A stretch of DNA of 64,000 bases from an uncultured virus (IMG/VR IMGVR_UViG_3300014208_001449) (IMGVR_UViG_3300014208_001449), one strand, 5' to 3'. Shown: positions 9,522-19,511, numbered from the stretch's first letter. Notes: a model not told the origin generated them from the sequence alone. Made by a program: numbers and translations.

Positions 9522-9829
9522 AAGTGACCGTGGCTGTGTCGGTGACGCTTTTGTGTGATTCTTATGGGGACTTGTACCGGTGGTGTAAAGGTTACGGGGA
9601 TCCTCGTCCGGTCATCCTGATAGACGACGGTGAGTCTACCCGTAGGTACGCCCACACGATCTTTTTCTTCAGCACCACAGATCGCGAAATCTGGCTGGAA
9701 AAACAGGGGATTGCAAACTCGGACTTTTGTACTCGCTATTCAGTGTTCCAGAGCCCGAATCTCACGTTCCACCTGTCGGACTTGCCCGTCAATCGGGATC
9801 TGCCGAAGCCGATCGAAGACCCCGAATAG
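9518..9829 (+). CDS. hypothetical protein
   Basis: ATGA overlap with tmk. Confidence 0.6.
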   Translation: MKVTVAVSVTLLCDSYGDLYRWCKGYGDPRPVILIDDGESTRRYAHTIFFFSTTDREIWLEKQGIANSDFCTRYSVFQSPNLTFHLSDLPVNRDLPKPIEDPE

Positions 9830-9873
9830 AGTATAGTGACCTCTGAAACCTTTCCGCAGGACAGGACTAGACC

Positions 9874-10152
9874 ATGCCCAACACGAACGTAGAGGATCTC
9901 CGGGACTGGCTCGACGAGGAGAATCCCGAGGCCCTTCTCATGGACGGATTTGAAGACGCCATTCTCGGAGTAGCCTGTCAGTATTCCCGGCCTCCCCTAG
10001 TCGTCTACGACAGGGAGAGGTGCATCGAGGTCCTCGTAAAGAGAGACGCCATGACGTATGAAGAAGCGGAAGAATATTTCTCGTTCAACTGCGAGGGGGC
10101 CTGGGTCGGCGAAGGCACTCCGCTCATCCTGACTCGATTTGAAGACCAGTAG
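9874..10152 (+). CDS. conserved phage hypothetical protein
   Basis: DGFEDAILG...VVYD...EEAEEYFSFN..GAWVGEGTP pattern common in phages. Confidence 0.75.
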   Translation: MPNTNVEDLRDWLDEENPEALLMDGFEDAILGVACQYSRPPLVVYDRERCIEVLVKRDAMTYEEAEEYFSFNCEGAWVGEGTPLILTRFEDQ

Positions 10153-10176
10153 CCCTACCAGAAAGGCACTCTAAAA

Positions 10177-10953
10177 ATGGCCGTAGACCGTTGGGTATCC
10201 AGGGATAAGCAGTGTACTATCCTTTTTCAGGACGCTTACGATTTCCCGGGCTCCATGCCCGCGGATTTGCCGGAGAGCACCTTCGACGCCATTATCACGG
10301 ATCCTCCCTACGGGATTCCGGCTAAGGCGGGTTTCGTCCGAAAAGGCGGGACGGTCATTTCCAACGGGGTAGGGACGTTCAACAGTTCGGAAAATCCATA
10401 TCGTTGGATCCCCCTCTATGCCCCCCTCGTGAAACAGGGCGGCCATATGGCCTTCTTCATCGACCTCTTCACGGGAGAAGCGGCTCTAGAAGCCGTTCGA
10501 TTCGCGGGGCTCTCGTTTTGGCACAAGTATTACATCGTGAAAGCGGCCCCGCCCCCGACTCCCAGGCCAACCTTTGCCAGTTCGGTTGAAGAGTGCATCA
10601 TCGCAGAGAGCAAGAACGGCAACCGGCATTGGTTCGGTGGAGGGTACACGCCCAATCGGTGGATTGGCTGCACTCCCAACATGCTCGGAGTTGGTCTGGG
10701 CCACGAATCAGAGAAGCCCCTGGAAGCCATCATGGAACTCGTCAAGGCCCTCACTCCTGTAGGCGGTAGTGTGCTTGACCCCTTCGTAGGGTCTGGGACA
10801 ACCGTGACTGCTTGCATGGCTATTGGCCGTAAATGTGTGGCTATCGAGAACGATCGACGTTACTTCGAAATGGCAGTGGAACGGGCCAAGTCGGGGGACT
10901 TCTCGACAGACCAAAGTACCGTTACGGGAATTTTCGGAGGCCAGAAGGAATGA
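10177..10953 (+). CDS. N6-adenine/N4-cytosine DNA methyltransferase (beta class)
   Basis: TDPPY precedes HESEKP and DPFVGSGTT. Confidence 0.9.
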   Translation: MAVDRWVSRDKQCTILFQDAYDFPGSMPADLPESTFDAIITDPPYGIPAKAGFVRKGGTVISNGVGTFNSSENPYRWIPLYAPLVKQGGHMAFFIDLFTGEAALEAVRFAGLSFWHKYYIVKAAPPPTPRPTFASSVEECIIAESKNGNRHWFGGGYTPNRWIGCTPNMLGVGLGHESEKPLEAIMELVKALTPVGGSVLDPFVGSGTTVTACMAIGRKCVAIENDRRYFEMAVERAKSGDFSTDQSTVTGIFGGQKE

Positions 10954-11414
10954 GACCCGACTGGGACGACTATTTCCTGTCCATTGCCAAGGTGGTGGCG
11001 ACTCGTTCTAACTGCGTCCGTCGCCAAACCGGAGCAGTGATTGTCACGCAGGAACACCAGATCATCACGACTGGCTATAACGGCACGCCTCGGGGGTACC
11101 GAAATTGTGACGAGGGAGGTTGCCCCCGTTGCAGTGGCGACGCCCCTAGCGGGTCTGACCTGTCTGAATGTTTCTGCTCCCACGCCGAAGAGAATGCAAT
11201 TGTCCAGGCCGCCCTTCATGGCGTGAGCGTGAAAGACGGCCATATGTATGCCACCCACTCCCCCTGCCTCATCTGTGCCAAAATGATCGTCAACGCAGGG
11301 ATCCGACTGGTGGTCTTCGAAACTCTGTACCCGACCTTTGAAGCACAATCCAAGCCACTGCTCAAAGCATGCGGCGTCACGCTCGTCTACAAAAGAGACG
11401 GAAAGGATAGCTAA
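10950..11414 (+). CDS. dCMP deaminase
   Basis: WDDYF, TGYNG, HAEENA, PCLIC zinc-deaminase motifs. Confidence 0.93.
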   Translation: MRPDWDDYFLSIAKVVATRSNCVRRQTGAVIVTQEHQIITTGYNGTPRGYRNCDEGGCPRCSGDAPSGSDLSECFCSHAEENAIVQAALHGVSVKDGHMYATHSPCLICAKMIVNAGIRLVVFETLYPTFEAQSKPLLKACGVTLVYKRDGKDS

Positions 11415-11415
11415 A

Positions 11416-12966
11416 ATGGACACCAACGATCTCCGTCAACTCGACGCCTTTGTGACCAACCCGGGCGGCAGTGTTTACTGCATCAAGAACCTGCCCGAAG
11501 AGGTGGTTGCGGTCCTCTTCGCCTACGTCTCACGGAACCCTGACAGCATCCAGCTCAACTTGCTGAAAATGCTCCAACAGCAGAACGGGGACGGCGCTAT
11601 CGATCCTGCCATGTTCGACCTCTTTGACTTGGCTTCGGAGAAAGCAGCAAAGTTCCACGAGAAGTGGGTTGTGGGGTATGGGCATGCTTCGGTTGCAGAG
11701 CACGCCGTCCTGCACTACGGTATCGAGGGCATTTCCATCCTGGCCACGAAGGTCCTGGAAGACGCCCGTCTCGCGGCTTATACCGAGAAGTCGACCCGTT
11801 ACCAGTTCTTCGGGAAAGACACGTTCTACCTGCCCGAGAGTCTGGAACAGTACCGCCCTGATATGAACCGCCTCATGGAGGACTACCGAAACCTTTTCGG
11901 GGAGGTCTACGCTCGACTCGAAGAAAAGTACCCTCCGAAGGAAGACCTTAACGACGAGGGGAAAGCTTACTTTGCAGCCCTGAAAGCCCAAACGTGTGAT
12001 GCTGTCCGCGGGCTGCTCCCTGCGGGAACCAAGACCATGCTGGGGATGACGGTAAATGCAAGAGAAGCGGCGTACGTCATTTCGAAGCTCCTGTCGAATC
12101 CGCTTCAGGAATGCCAAGACCTGGGTCGAGAGATGCTGGCCGAAGGCCGGAAAGTTTGCCCCACTCTGTTCCGTCATGCTGAAGCTTCTGATGCGCTGAA
12201 AGAATTCAGTGACCATGTTTACCACACCCCCAGAGCGGACTACCTGTTCGAGGACTCTAAACTGCCCGCCCTCAAAAGGAACGAAGTCAAGCTCATTCGA
12301 AGCTGGCCTGACAGCGGGGACGCTACAGAATTCCTGTCTAGAGCCGAGAGGTATGAGCACAGCAATGCTCCCATGGAGGCTATGGCTAACTGCAGGGTAG
12401 AAGACCTGAAAACTCTAGCGGCATGCGACGGGGGGCATTTAAATCGTATCCGGCAAATCATGAACATGGATGCCCACGCGGCTCCCCCCAGGTTTTTTGA
12501 GTTGATGCGCTTCGTTTTCGAGATCACCTGTGACTACGGAGCATTCAGGGATATTCAGCGGCACCGAATCGGAACCCAACTGTCTCCCCTCTTCACAGCA
12601 TCTTTGGGCTATGAAGTGCCCGAGGAAATCTTGAACCTGGGGTTGCAACCCCTCTATGCCGCCGCCATCGAGAGGGTCAAGAAAGCCTACCTCAGTGCCT
12701 GTGAGGGGTCGGGATTTACTGACTGCCAGTACCTGCTCCCCATGGCTTTCAGAAAGCGCCTTCTCGTCGATTGGGACCTCCGGGAGGTAATCCATTTCAT
12801 CCGGCTGCGTTCTGGCCCGCAGGGCCACATCTCGTACCGGAAAATTGCATGGTCAATGCGGGATCAGATCCTGGCAAAGTTCCCGGAGTTGGAACCGTTT
12901 GTTACGGCAGATACCAACGAATATCCGCTTGGTAGAATGGCTGCGTATGTGTCGGAGACGGAGTAG
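11416..12966 (+). CDS. thyX: FAD-dependent thymidylate synthase, two-domain type
   Basis: YGHASVAEH and EKSTRY in N-half; RDIQRHR and LRSGPQGHISYR in C-half. Confidence 0.88.
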   Translation: MDTNDLRQLDAFVTNPGGSVYCIKNLPEEVVAVLFAYVSRNPDSIQLNLLKMLQQQNGDGAIDPAMFDLFDLASEKAAKFHEKWVVGYGHASVAEHAVLHYGIEGISILATKVLEDARLAAYTEKSTRYQFFGKDTFYLPESLEQYRPDMNRLMEDYRNLFGEVYARLEEKYPPKEDLNDEGKAYFAALKAQTCDAVRGLLPAGTKTMLGMTVNAREAAYVISKLLSNPLQECQDLGREMLAEGRKVCPTLFRHAEASDALKEFSDHVYHTPRADYLFEDSKLPALKRNEVKLIRSWPDSGDATEFLSRAERYEHSNAPMEAMANCRVEDLKTLAACDGGHLNRIRQIMNMDAHAAPPRFFELMRFVFEITCDYGAFRDIQRHRIGTQLSPLFTASLGYEVPEEILNLGLQPLYAAAIERVKKAYLSACEGSGFTDCQYLLPMAFRKRLLVDWDLREVIHFIRLRSGPQGHISYRKIAWSMRDQILAKFPELEPFVTADTNEYPLGRMAAYVSETE

Positions 12967-12967
12967 T

Positions 12968-13234
12968 ATGATGTCAAGCAGAAATAAGTGGGTCGACTTC
13001 TGTCCTCGTTGTGGCAGTCATGTAGAAGAAGCCCTTTCAAGTGCTCCCGTAGATAGGGACTATCAGTGGGGAGATGATATCGAACCTTCTGACGAATATG
13101 ATGGATCCGTCAAAGTTCGATGTACTAACCCAAACTGTATGTTTAGTGATTGGGACACCTGTTGGACTCTACATCATCCTGCGGGCAGCCAAACCAGTCC
13201 CGGGGAAAGCTTCTCACTCTCTTGGATTCGATAG
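12968..13234 (+). CDS. putative zinc-binding hypothetical protein
   Basis: CPRC...CTNPNC. Confidence 0.6.
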   Translation: MMSSRNKWVDFCPRCGSHVEEALSSAPVDRDYQWGDDIEPSDEYDGSVKVRCTNPNCMFSDWDTCWTLHHPAGSQTSPGESFSLSWIR

Positions 13235-13244
13235 GAGGCGTGAA

Positions 13245-13808
13245 ATGATCCTGACGCTTAACATTCCTGATGATTTAGTTGACGAGGCAATTTCAGCGGG
13301 GCTGGAAAATGCCCTGTCGAAAGATATAGAGGACTACACAGACTGCGGGATTCAGGGAGTGTATGCCGGCACTCCAATCCAGAAGTTCGTAGAAACCGAA
13401 ATGGAAAAACGAGATATCCGAGGAATCCTGGCTTCTGCAGTATCTGAGAGCATGCAGTCTTTTCTGTCTAACGTAGTGCAGAGAGAAACATTCGTCCTGC
13501 TGAGGAATTTGGTTTGTGAACAGATATCGAAAAGCCGTCGGGAAGGACACACCCTACCTCTGATCTTCATCGTGAACGGAGAGAATATTCCGGTCGAAGC
13601 CGTCCCCACGGAACTTCTTTACAAAGCTCGAAACAGGGCTCTGGAGCTTAGCCACAACACAGGACGCCCTTACGACGAGTGGGAGGTTTACAACGAACGA
13701 GGAGAACGAATCCGCCCTATAAACAGCCTCACACCGGAGGATCTCAGACTGCCCGCCCACACCAGACTCTTCGCATCTTTGAGAGTTGGGGTAGGAGCTG
13801 ATATTTAG
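13245..13808 (+). CDS. protein with C-terminal ubiquitin-like (DUF2604-like) beta-grasp domain
   Basis: IVNGENIPVEA...ALELSHNTGRPYDEWEVYNERG...RLFASLRVGVGA; AGGAGG RBS. Confidence 0.72.
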   Translation: MILTLNIPDDLVDEAISAGLENALSKDIEDYTDCGIQGVYAGTPIQKFVETEMEKRDIRGILASAVSESMQSFLSNVVQRETFVLLRNLVCEQISKSRREGHTLPLIFIVNGENIPVEAVPTELLYKARNRALELSHNTGRPYDEWEVYNERGERIRPINSLTPEDLRLPAHTRLFASLRVGVGADI

Positions 13809-13852
13809 CGAACCAGAGTTGGTAGAATCCACCGTGCATAACGGAGTGCTCC

Positions 13853-14215
13853 ATGACTGAATCCAAGTCTCCCGAAACTATCCGCGAGTGGCAAATCGCC
13901 ATCCATGACTACGCCAAAGAGAAAGGCTGGTACGGCACCGATATCGTGGAGCGCCGGTCCTTTGGGGACTTGATTGCTCTCTGGCACTCTGAGCTGTCTG
14001 AGGCATATGAGGAGTTCCGCAACGGCCACAGCCTCACGGAAATCTACTATGGCCCCGATGGAAAACCCGAAGGAATCCCTGTAGAGATCGCCGACTTGGT
14101 TATCCGCATCCTGGACACGTGCGAGCATTTCGGGATCGATATGCAAAGCACGATGGAGATCAAGCACAGGTACAACCAGACCCGTCCGTACCGCCACGGC
14201 GGGAAAGCCACCTAG
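13853..14215 (+). CDS. MazG-like nucleotide pyrophosphohydrolase
   Basis: HSELSEAYEE...EIADLVIRILD...K..YN..RPYRHGGK. Confidence 0.88.
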   Translation: MTESKSPETIREWQIAIHDYAKEKGWYGTDIVERRSFGDLIALWHSELSEAYEEFRNGHSLTEIYYGPDGKPEGIPVEIADLVIRILDTCEHFGIDMQSTMEIKHRYNQTRPYRHGGKAT

Positions 14216-14229
14216 AAAAGGAAAAGAGC

Positions 14230-14706
14230 ATGAGCAATCCAGAGATCCATGAAAGAGTCGGTCTGCCCGAGCTTGAAATGCGACGGGTGTTCCGGATCAA
14301 AACGAAACCAACCGTTGCCGCTCCTGTGAGAATCACTGCCCACCTGGAATTGCTTCAGGAAGGGGGGATAGAAGAGATCAAGTTCTCTGACCTGAAAGCG
14401 GACGATCTGTTTGTGCTCCTGGACCCCGACTGTACCGAGAAAGCTCCCATCCACAGGTTCTATACCGAAGATGGTTCGAACCTCTGCATTGCACTGGCAG
14501 ACCCCTTTGATATGAACGGAACACAGGGAATCAAGATGAAAGAGGTTGCAGAACTGGACAAGTGCATTCTGGAATCCCTGATTCCAACCAAAACGGATAC
14601 TATACCCAGCGTTTCCATGGGCTGCTCCGTTCTCAAGAAATCCCCCTGCGGTTCCTGCGATTGCAACTGTCCGACTACACAAAGGATCTCGAATGAAGAA
14701 CCGTAA
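14230..14706 (+). CDS. hypothetical protein
   Basis: operon packing. Confidence 0.6.
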   Translation: MSNPEIHERVGLPELEMRRVFRIKTKPTVAAPVRITAHLELLQEGGIEEIKFSDLKADDLFVLLDPDCTEKAPIHRFYTEDGSNLCIALADPFDMNGTQGIKMKEVAELDKCILESLIPTKTDTIPSVSMGCSVLKKSPCGSCDCNCPTTQRISNEEP

Positions 14707-15208
14707 TGCCATTGCCAAGAGGCAACAGAAAAAGCACCTCCAGAAGCTTTCAAAGAGGAAAGCTGAGAAGCCCAACCTCCAGAAAACCCAGAGTGCGGAC
14801 AAGCAGTTCGTCCGCGAGGTCCATGCCTTCGAAGTCAGCGGGCTTCACAACTACTGGATTGCCCACGTCTCCAACTTCCTGGTCTCCGACTACAAGACTG
14901 GAAAGTGGCGTCCTGTTTTCGACGAGATTTACGAGGGGGACGTGCCCGCCCTCGATTTCATGTTGCAGAAGCTGGATACCCTCTATCGGGTGGGAGATAA
15001 GGATGAGTACGAGCCTGACGGCATGCTTCTCCTCGGGTGGTTCTTGCAGCCGGTCGACGTGAAGTACGGGCTCTTCAAGAAGGCCCTTGATGCGGTCAAG
15101 GAGGCGTACCCCTTGGAAGCGCCCTTCGATGCAATCCAGAGGCCCCATGAGCCAGTGGTGTGGGATATCCTGAAGGACTTCCAGAAGATTCTGGATACAG
15201 ACAACTAA
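14693..15208 (+). CDS. hypothetical protein
   Basis: overlapping start, basic N-terminus. Confidence 0.65.
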   Translation: MKNRNAIAKRQQKKHLQKLSKRKAEKPNLQKTQSADKQFVREVHAFEVSGLHNYWIAHVSNFLVSDYKTGKWRPVFDEIYEGDVPALDFMLQKLDTLYRVGDKDEYEPDGMLLLGWFLQPVDVKYGLFKKALDAVKEAYPLEAPFDAIQRPHEPVVWDILKDFQKILDTDN

Positions 15209-15217
15209 CCTTCCTCG

Positions 15218-15421
15218 TTAGCCATTCCCCACCGGCAAACCTTTCACAGCCCCACAAACAGAACACACCGCAAGATCATTCTGCGGGTCTGGCGGTATAT
15301 GCGTGGGCTTGGGTGATTCCAGGTCTTGGCACATATCGTCGGCGCAGTACGGGCAGAGGGGCACAGAATGTTCCTTGCCCTCGAAATCAATGAGATAGAG
15401 AGGCCAGCGGAGAGGTTTCAT
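15218..15421 (-). CDS. small Cys-rich protein
   Basis: CPYC...CSVC. Confidence 0.5.
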   Translation of the reverse strand: MKPLRWPLYLIDFEGKEHSVPLCPYCADDMCQDLESPKPTHIPPDPQNDLAVCSVCGAVKGLPVGNG

Positions 15422-15424
15422 TTT

Positions 15425-15871
15425 CTAGTACCTCTCATCCCCGGGCCCGCCATAGCTTTCGTCATTTCCGTGGCCGGCGGATGCAAGGGCGGACTCGTGG
15501 TCCCCGTCCATTGCGTCGCAATCCTCTACATCAGGGACGTCGTCCTCGTCCAGAGAATCCAGGATCTTCCACGCCACGTGGTTCTCATCGAGGTCATTAT
15601 CTTCGACGTAGTCGCCTAAGTCCCAGGCAGTATCGAACACGAAAGCCCTGTCGTCCCACCAGCCGAGGACAGAACCGTCCTCGTAGAGGAAACACGCCTG
15701 TTGCACTCCGGCGGCCCTAGCTACTTGCCCTGGACGTAGAGCGTCTTTGCGCAACTGCCCAATATGGGGGCTGTCCTTCGGGAGAAGCCGTTGGGCCATG
15801 AAAGCCCGTCCGGCCATTGTACGGGAGAGTTCATTTTCTGTCCGCTCAGTCGAACCCGTCAGATCGTCCAT
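15425..15871 (-). CDS. hypothetical protein with acidic tail
   Basis: GGAG RBS; class-1 motif variant upstream at 15930-15956. Confidence 0.65.
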   Translation of the reverse strand: MDDLTGSTERTENELSRTMAGRAFMAQRLLPKDSPHIGQLRKDALRPGQVARAAGVQQACFLYEDGSVLGWWDDRAFVFDTAWDLGDYVEDNDLDENHVAWKILDSLDEDDVPDVEDCDAMDGDHESALASAGHGNDESYGGPGDERY

Positions 15872-15975
15872 AGCTATCTCTCCCTGGCATAACGGCTCTG
15901 GCACACAAACCGGAGCCCTATCTCCCCCTATACACCAGGAATGAATGGAATGCAATCGGAAAAGTGAGCGGAGGG

Positions 15976-16932
15976 CTAATTCCAGTCTCGGCCGAACACA
16001 CGATCTTTGGCCTCGACCCAGAACTCAAATTTCTGGGCCTCAGCCAGAGGATACACTTTCAACAGCTCAGTCCCAAATTGACTTACATTCGAAATTAATC
16101 CGACCAAATAACTCAGGTGCCAAAATTCACTTGCTTCTACGTCAGCTTTGTCCCAAAAGGCTTTGCGGCCCGAGATTCGACTGAACCCGAACTTAGCCGC
16201 GAGAGCGGTGAAATCAAACATGACTGCAGTAGCCGTTTTGCTCAGGACTTTGCCTCCAGAAACATACGTGGCCGGAACCGTTACCATCCCCCCACGGATT
16301 CCCTGAGCAGTACACGCAGCAGTCAGGGCAGATTCCCCCAGGCTAGACTTACACCAAACCGTCCAGAACTTGGTGTTCCCGACTCTCTCCAGCAAGTAAG
16401 GATCTTTGGCGGGGTTCTGCATCCCCGAACCCATGGCCATATCAAACGCCCGACCTACGTAGTGCATCGAAGTTCGAGAGCGATTAGGCCCCGCTCCAGC
16501 GTTGAGCGCCCTCTTGCCTCCTGCGGACGTCACAACACCCCCGAGAGCGTGGACAGCAGCGTAGAGGTCGTTGTACGCCTTGGCTACGTCCTCACGAAGC
16601 GTAGTGTTGTCGTACCCTCCACAGAGGGGGTCTGCGGGGCACTTCGTCCACCCCATAAGCTTTAAGGGCTCCATGGGGGCGAGAGTGACTACGTTCAGAT
16701 CCTGGAGGGTCGCTTTCAGGGCAGTAGGCACAAGATCATTCAAAACCTTGAGGGTAATCGGCCCTGCCACCCCATCAGCATAGAGGTCATGGTCCCGCTG
16801 GAAAGCTTCGACGGCGTCCTCTACTTTGTTTCCGAAGACCCCGTCGACCGCCCCGCACGGATACTTGAGGTAAGAAAGAGCCTGCTGAAGAGTCCGAACA
16901 TCGTTCCCGTGGGAATTGAGTCGTAGGACCAT
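15976..16932 (-). CDS. endolysin-like protein: peptidoglycan-binding domain plus M15-type zinc peptidase
   Basis: V..LQ..L...VDGVFG...AV..FQ...L.ADGVAGP.T; SMHYVGRAFD; EFWH. Confidence 0.85.
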   Translation of the reverse strand: MVLRLNSHGNDVRTLQQALSYLKYPCGAVDGVFGNKVEDAVEAFQRDHDLYADGVAGPITLKVLNDLVPTALKATLQDLNVVTLAPMEPLKLMGWTKCPADPLCGGYDNTTLREDVAKAYNDLYAAVHALGGVVTSAGGKRALNAGAGPNRSRTSMHYVGRAFDMAMGSGMQNPAKDPYLLERVGNTKFWTVWCKSSLGESALTAACTAQGIRGGMVTVPATYVSGGKVLSKTATAVMFDFTALAAKFGFSRISGRKAFWDKADVEASEFWHLSYLVGLISNVSQFGTELLKVYPLAEAQKFEFWVEAKDRVFGRDWN

Positions 16933-17544
16933 TTACTTAGCTCCCCTCTTCGAAATGAAATCCGCCAGAGCCACACGGAAAGCGTCCAAGCGGGTTTTCA
17001 GCATGGACCGTTCTTCCGCCTTGAACAGGAAAGCTACGTCATTCGCTTCCACGAGATCCTCCGCTTTGTCGAGCAGGGTCTCTAGGGCTCTGTATTCAGT
17101 GTTGGTTTCAATATCCAGGTAGGAGCGGGGGAGCATATCGCACCGAGAGATAGCCCGTTCCGCCTGCATGCTCGCGGACTCAATTCGATTCTCCGGAACC
17201 TCTTCTCCCTCCAGGAGTTTGGACGCCACGGAATCCAACTTCTCTCCCGCTTGGAGAACCGCGTTCACGACAAAAGCAGGGTCCAGGCCAGGAGATACGA
17301 GAGAGAGGTCTGCCCCGAAACGTTTCTTGACCAGCTTTTGGTAGTAATGAATCGTTTCTTCCGCAGCTACCAGTTTCAGTCTCCAAAAATCAATGGTAGA
17401 CTGCGAAACGGGCATGGACTCCGCCTGCTTGATCTGAACACACTGAGGATGGGCCGGTCTTCCGTCCCAGAACAGGGTGATCCCAGGCTCGATATCGTGG
17501 AGGCAGACACAGCATTTCAGCGGCACGGCTGACGAATCATTCAT
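16933..17544 (-). CDS. hypothetical protein (N-terminal C..C...H..C)
   Basis: abuts endolysin; GGAG RBS. Confidence 0.65.
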   Translation of the reverse strand: MNDSSAVPLKCCVCLHDIEPGITLFWDGRPAHPQCVQIKQAESMPVSQSTIDFWRLKLVAAEETIHYYQKLVKKRFGADLSLVSPGLDPAFVVNAVLQAGEKLDSVASKLLEGEEVPENRIESASMQAERAISRCDMLPRSYLDIETNTEYRALETLLDKAEDLVEANDVAFLFKAEERSMLKTRLDAFRVALADFISKRGAK

Positions 17545-17615
17545 AGCTAAATCACTCCCATAGAAAGTTCCCTGTCACTATACCAACGGGGCGGGTCCGC
17601 CCGTGTCGCTTTTCT

Positions 17616-17642
17616 GTTTCATTCCGGCTCGGGTCGGTGTAT
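17616..17642 (+). promoter_or_regulatory. class-1 promoter motif
   Basis: GTTT-N17-GTGTAT. Confidence 0.75.
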
Positions 17643-17679
17643 ACGAGGGTTGTGAAACCACCCTGATGGGGAACTTTCA

Positions 17680-18333
17680 ATGACCGGCCAGCCGAACGAA
17701 ACTCGCAAAGCGTATCTCATTCTCTTTTTCGCGTGGGTAGAGCGGGTCGCCCCGCAGACCGTGTGGACATGGCTGGGGTTACACCAGCGGGAAACGACCA
17801 AGGAACTGGTCTTCAAGCGGGCCATGGTATCAGGTGGATCGGCCCACTCCCTCTCCATCAACCGCGAAGGGGAAGTGGCTCTCGATATGTACGAAGTCGA
17901 GAACACCCAGGGCTATGGCGCCGCAGAAAAGCAGATGGTTGCCATGCTGGAGAACGTCGTGTCTCTCCGCTGGCTCTGGGCTCACGTCGTCGAGGGGCTC
18001 GTCCCGAACGAGTGGCGTCGCTGGCGTGAGGATGGCAAGTTGCCCCTCGACTACATCGAGCAGGCCGTGTACCTGTTCGACGAACAGTTGACGGACTGGC
18101 TGAGCGGGGAACGGCCTGTGCCGCCCGACATGGAAAGGGATTCCCGGCACTACGAAGTCGAAAAGACCGGCGGGGTCACCCGCGAGTTCGACGCCCCCAC
18201 CCTGGAGGAAGCGGTCGAAATCGCAGAAGACTTGCCCGAATCGGTTCGTTTGTGGTATTGCCAGGAGGGCTACACGAACAAGGTGCTGGTTTGGGAGCGT
18301 CCTGCTGAACTGGCCCTGAGCGTGGAAGGATAG
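17680..18333 (+). CDS. hypothetical protein
   Basis: ORF after class-1 motif. Confidence 0.7.
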   Translation: MTGQPNETRKAYLILFFAWVERVAPQTVWTWLGLHQRETTKELVFKRAMVSGGSAHSLSINREGEVALDMYEVENTQGYGAAEKQMVAMLENVVSLRWLWAHVVEGLVPNEWRRWREDGKLPLDYIEQAVYLFDEQLTDWLSGERPVPPDMERDSRHYEVEKTGGVTREFDAPTLEEAVEIAEDLPESVRLWYCQEGYTNKVLVWERPAELALSVEG

Positions 18334-18338
18334 GAACC

Positions 18339-19208
18339 ATGAGCAAGCATGGAATCCAAGTCTCGTCGACGCCGACTTCGCAGGAAATCCTGGCCGCTTT
18401 CCCGCTGGCCCGCTTCTCGAACAAGTTCATGAAGGGTCTTCCCCCGCCCAATGGGGATGGGGACTGGTTCATGAGCAACTACAGCACCATCTTGCAGGTC
18501 ATGCACTACCGCGTGGCTTACAGCATGATGATCTGCCAGATTCCCGGGCTTGACTTCGCTTTCCCGTTCTCTTCTGCGGCAATCGAGAAGGAGAACGGAG
18601 AGACGGAGTTCGTCGTCTACTGGATCGGCTATCATGACCCCTATAACCTCGGGGACGGAATCATGTTCCGTGCGAAGACCACCTGGACTTCTGCTTCTGC
18701 GGATCGGCGTATCAGTTATGGGCTGGAATGGCACAACGACCAGGAAATGACGTATGCCCCCTCCGGTTTCCCGAAGGACGTCCTGCGCCTGATCACTCGG
18801 GCCATTCCGTCCGACGTGTTCGAGGAGGCGTTCTTTACATTCTACAAGGCCCTGAACGTCTTTGTTCCGTGCACCTACGAAACGAAGAACAAGGAGAAGG
18901 ACTACTACGAGCATCCGGAGACGGGTTGCCCCGAGTGCAAAGACGTCGGGTGGGTTCTCCTGGAGTTCAAGAACCCCAAGTTCAGCCCGACGTTCTGGTT
19001 CGAATGCTTTGCGAACGCTGAGTTCGTGCACAAGCCTCGCGTGCAGGAGAAGAAAGCCCCTTCGGTTCTGCTCCCCGAACCCGTGATGTGCCAGAAGTGC
19101 TCCTGTGCCAACCACGAAGCCAAGACCTGTGGGGCTTCTCCTGAGTCTCTGGCCAACGATCGTCCCGAGGGCGTGCCTTCGGACTGCCCCATGCTGGCAG
19201 GGATGTAG
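18339..19208 (+). CDS. hypothetical protein
   Basis: 289 aa ORF, operon packing. Confidence 0.7.
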   Translation: MSKHGIQVSSTPTSQEILAAFPLARFSNKFMKGLPPPNGDGDWFMSNYSTILQVMHYRVAYSMMICQIPGLDFAFPFSSAAIEKENGETEFVVYWIGYHDPYNLGDGIMFRAKTTWTSASADRRISYGLEWHNDQEMTYAPSGFPKDVLRLITRAIPSDVFEEAFFTFYKALNVFVPCTYETKNKEKDYYEHPETGCPECKDVGWVLLEFKNPKFSPTFWFECFANAEFVHKPRVQEKKAPSVLLPEPVMCQKCSCANHEAKTCGASPESLANDRPEGVPSDCPMLAGM

Positions 19209-19211
19209 ACC

Positions 19212-19505
19212 ATGCGAATCACCACCCCCTTCATCGGCATGGACGAATCCGGCAAGGAGCAGTTCTTCGAGCTGGAGGCTGAGTATCACCCTGAGGACCA
19301 GTCCATGGTGCTACATCGGGTGTGGGTGGTCGACCAGGATACCCTCGAACGCACCGAGGGGCAGGAGCACCTGCCGTTCCTGCTGGCCACCTATGAATCC
19401 GAAATCCTCATGGACGTCAAAGAGGCACACCTGGAGAGGTTCGACGAGTTCCTTGCGAACTTCGTCGTCTTTCCGGAGGATGAGTCCGACTTGGATTGGG
19501 AGTGA
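19212..19505 (+). CDS. acidic hypothetical protein
   Basis: operon packing. Confidence 0.65.
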   Translation: MRITTPFIGMDESGKEQFFELEAEYHPEDQSMVLHRVWVVDQDTLERTEGQEHLPFLLATYESEILMDVKEAHLERFDEFLANFVVFPEDESDLDWE

Positions 19506-19511
19506 AAAGAA

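Noticed and set aside
10177..10953. Restriction-modification system
   Set aside because: No cognate endonuclease adjacent; orphan methyltransferase in a nucleotide-metabolism operon
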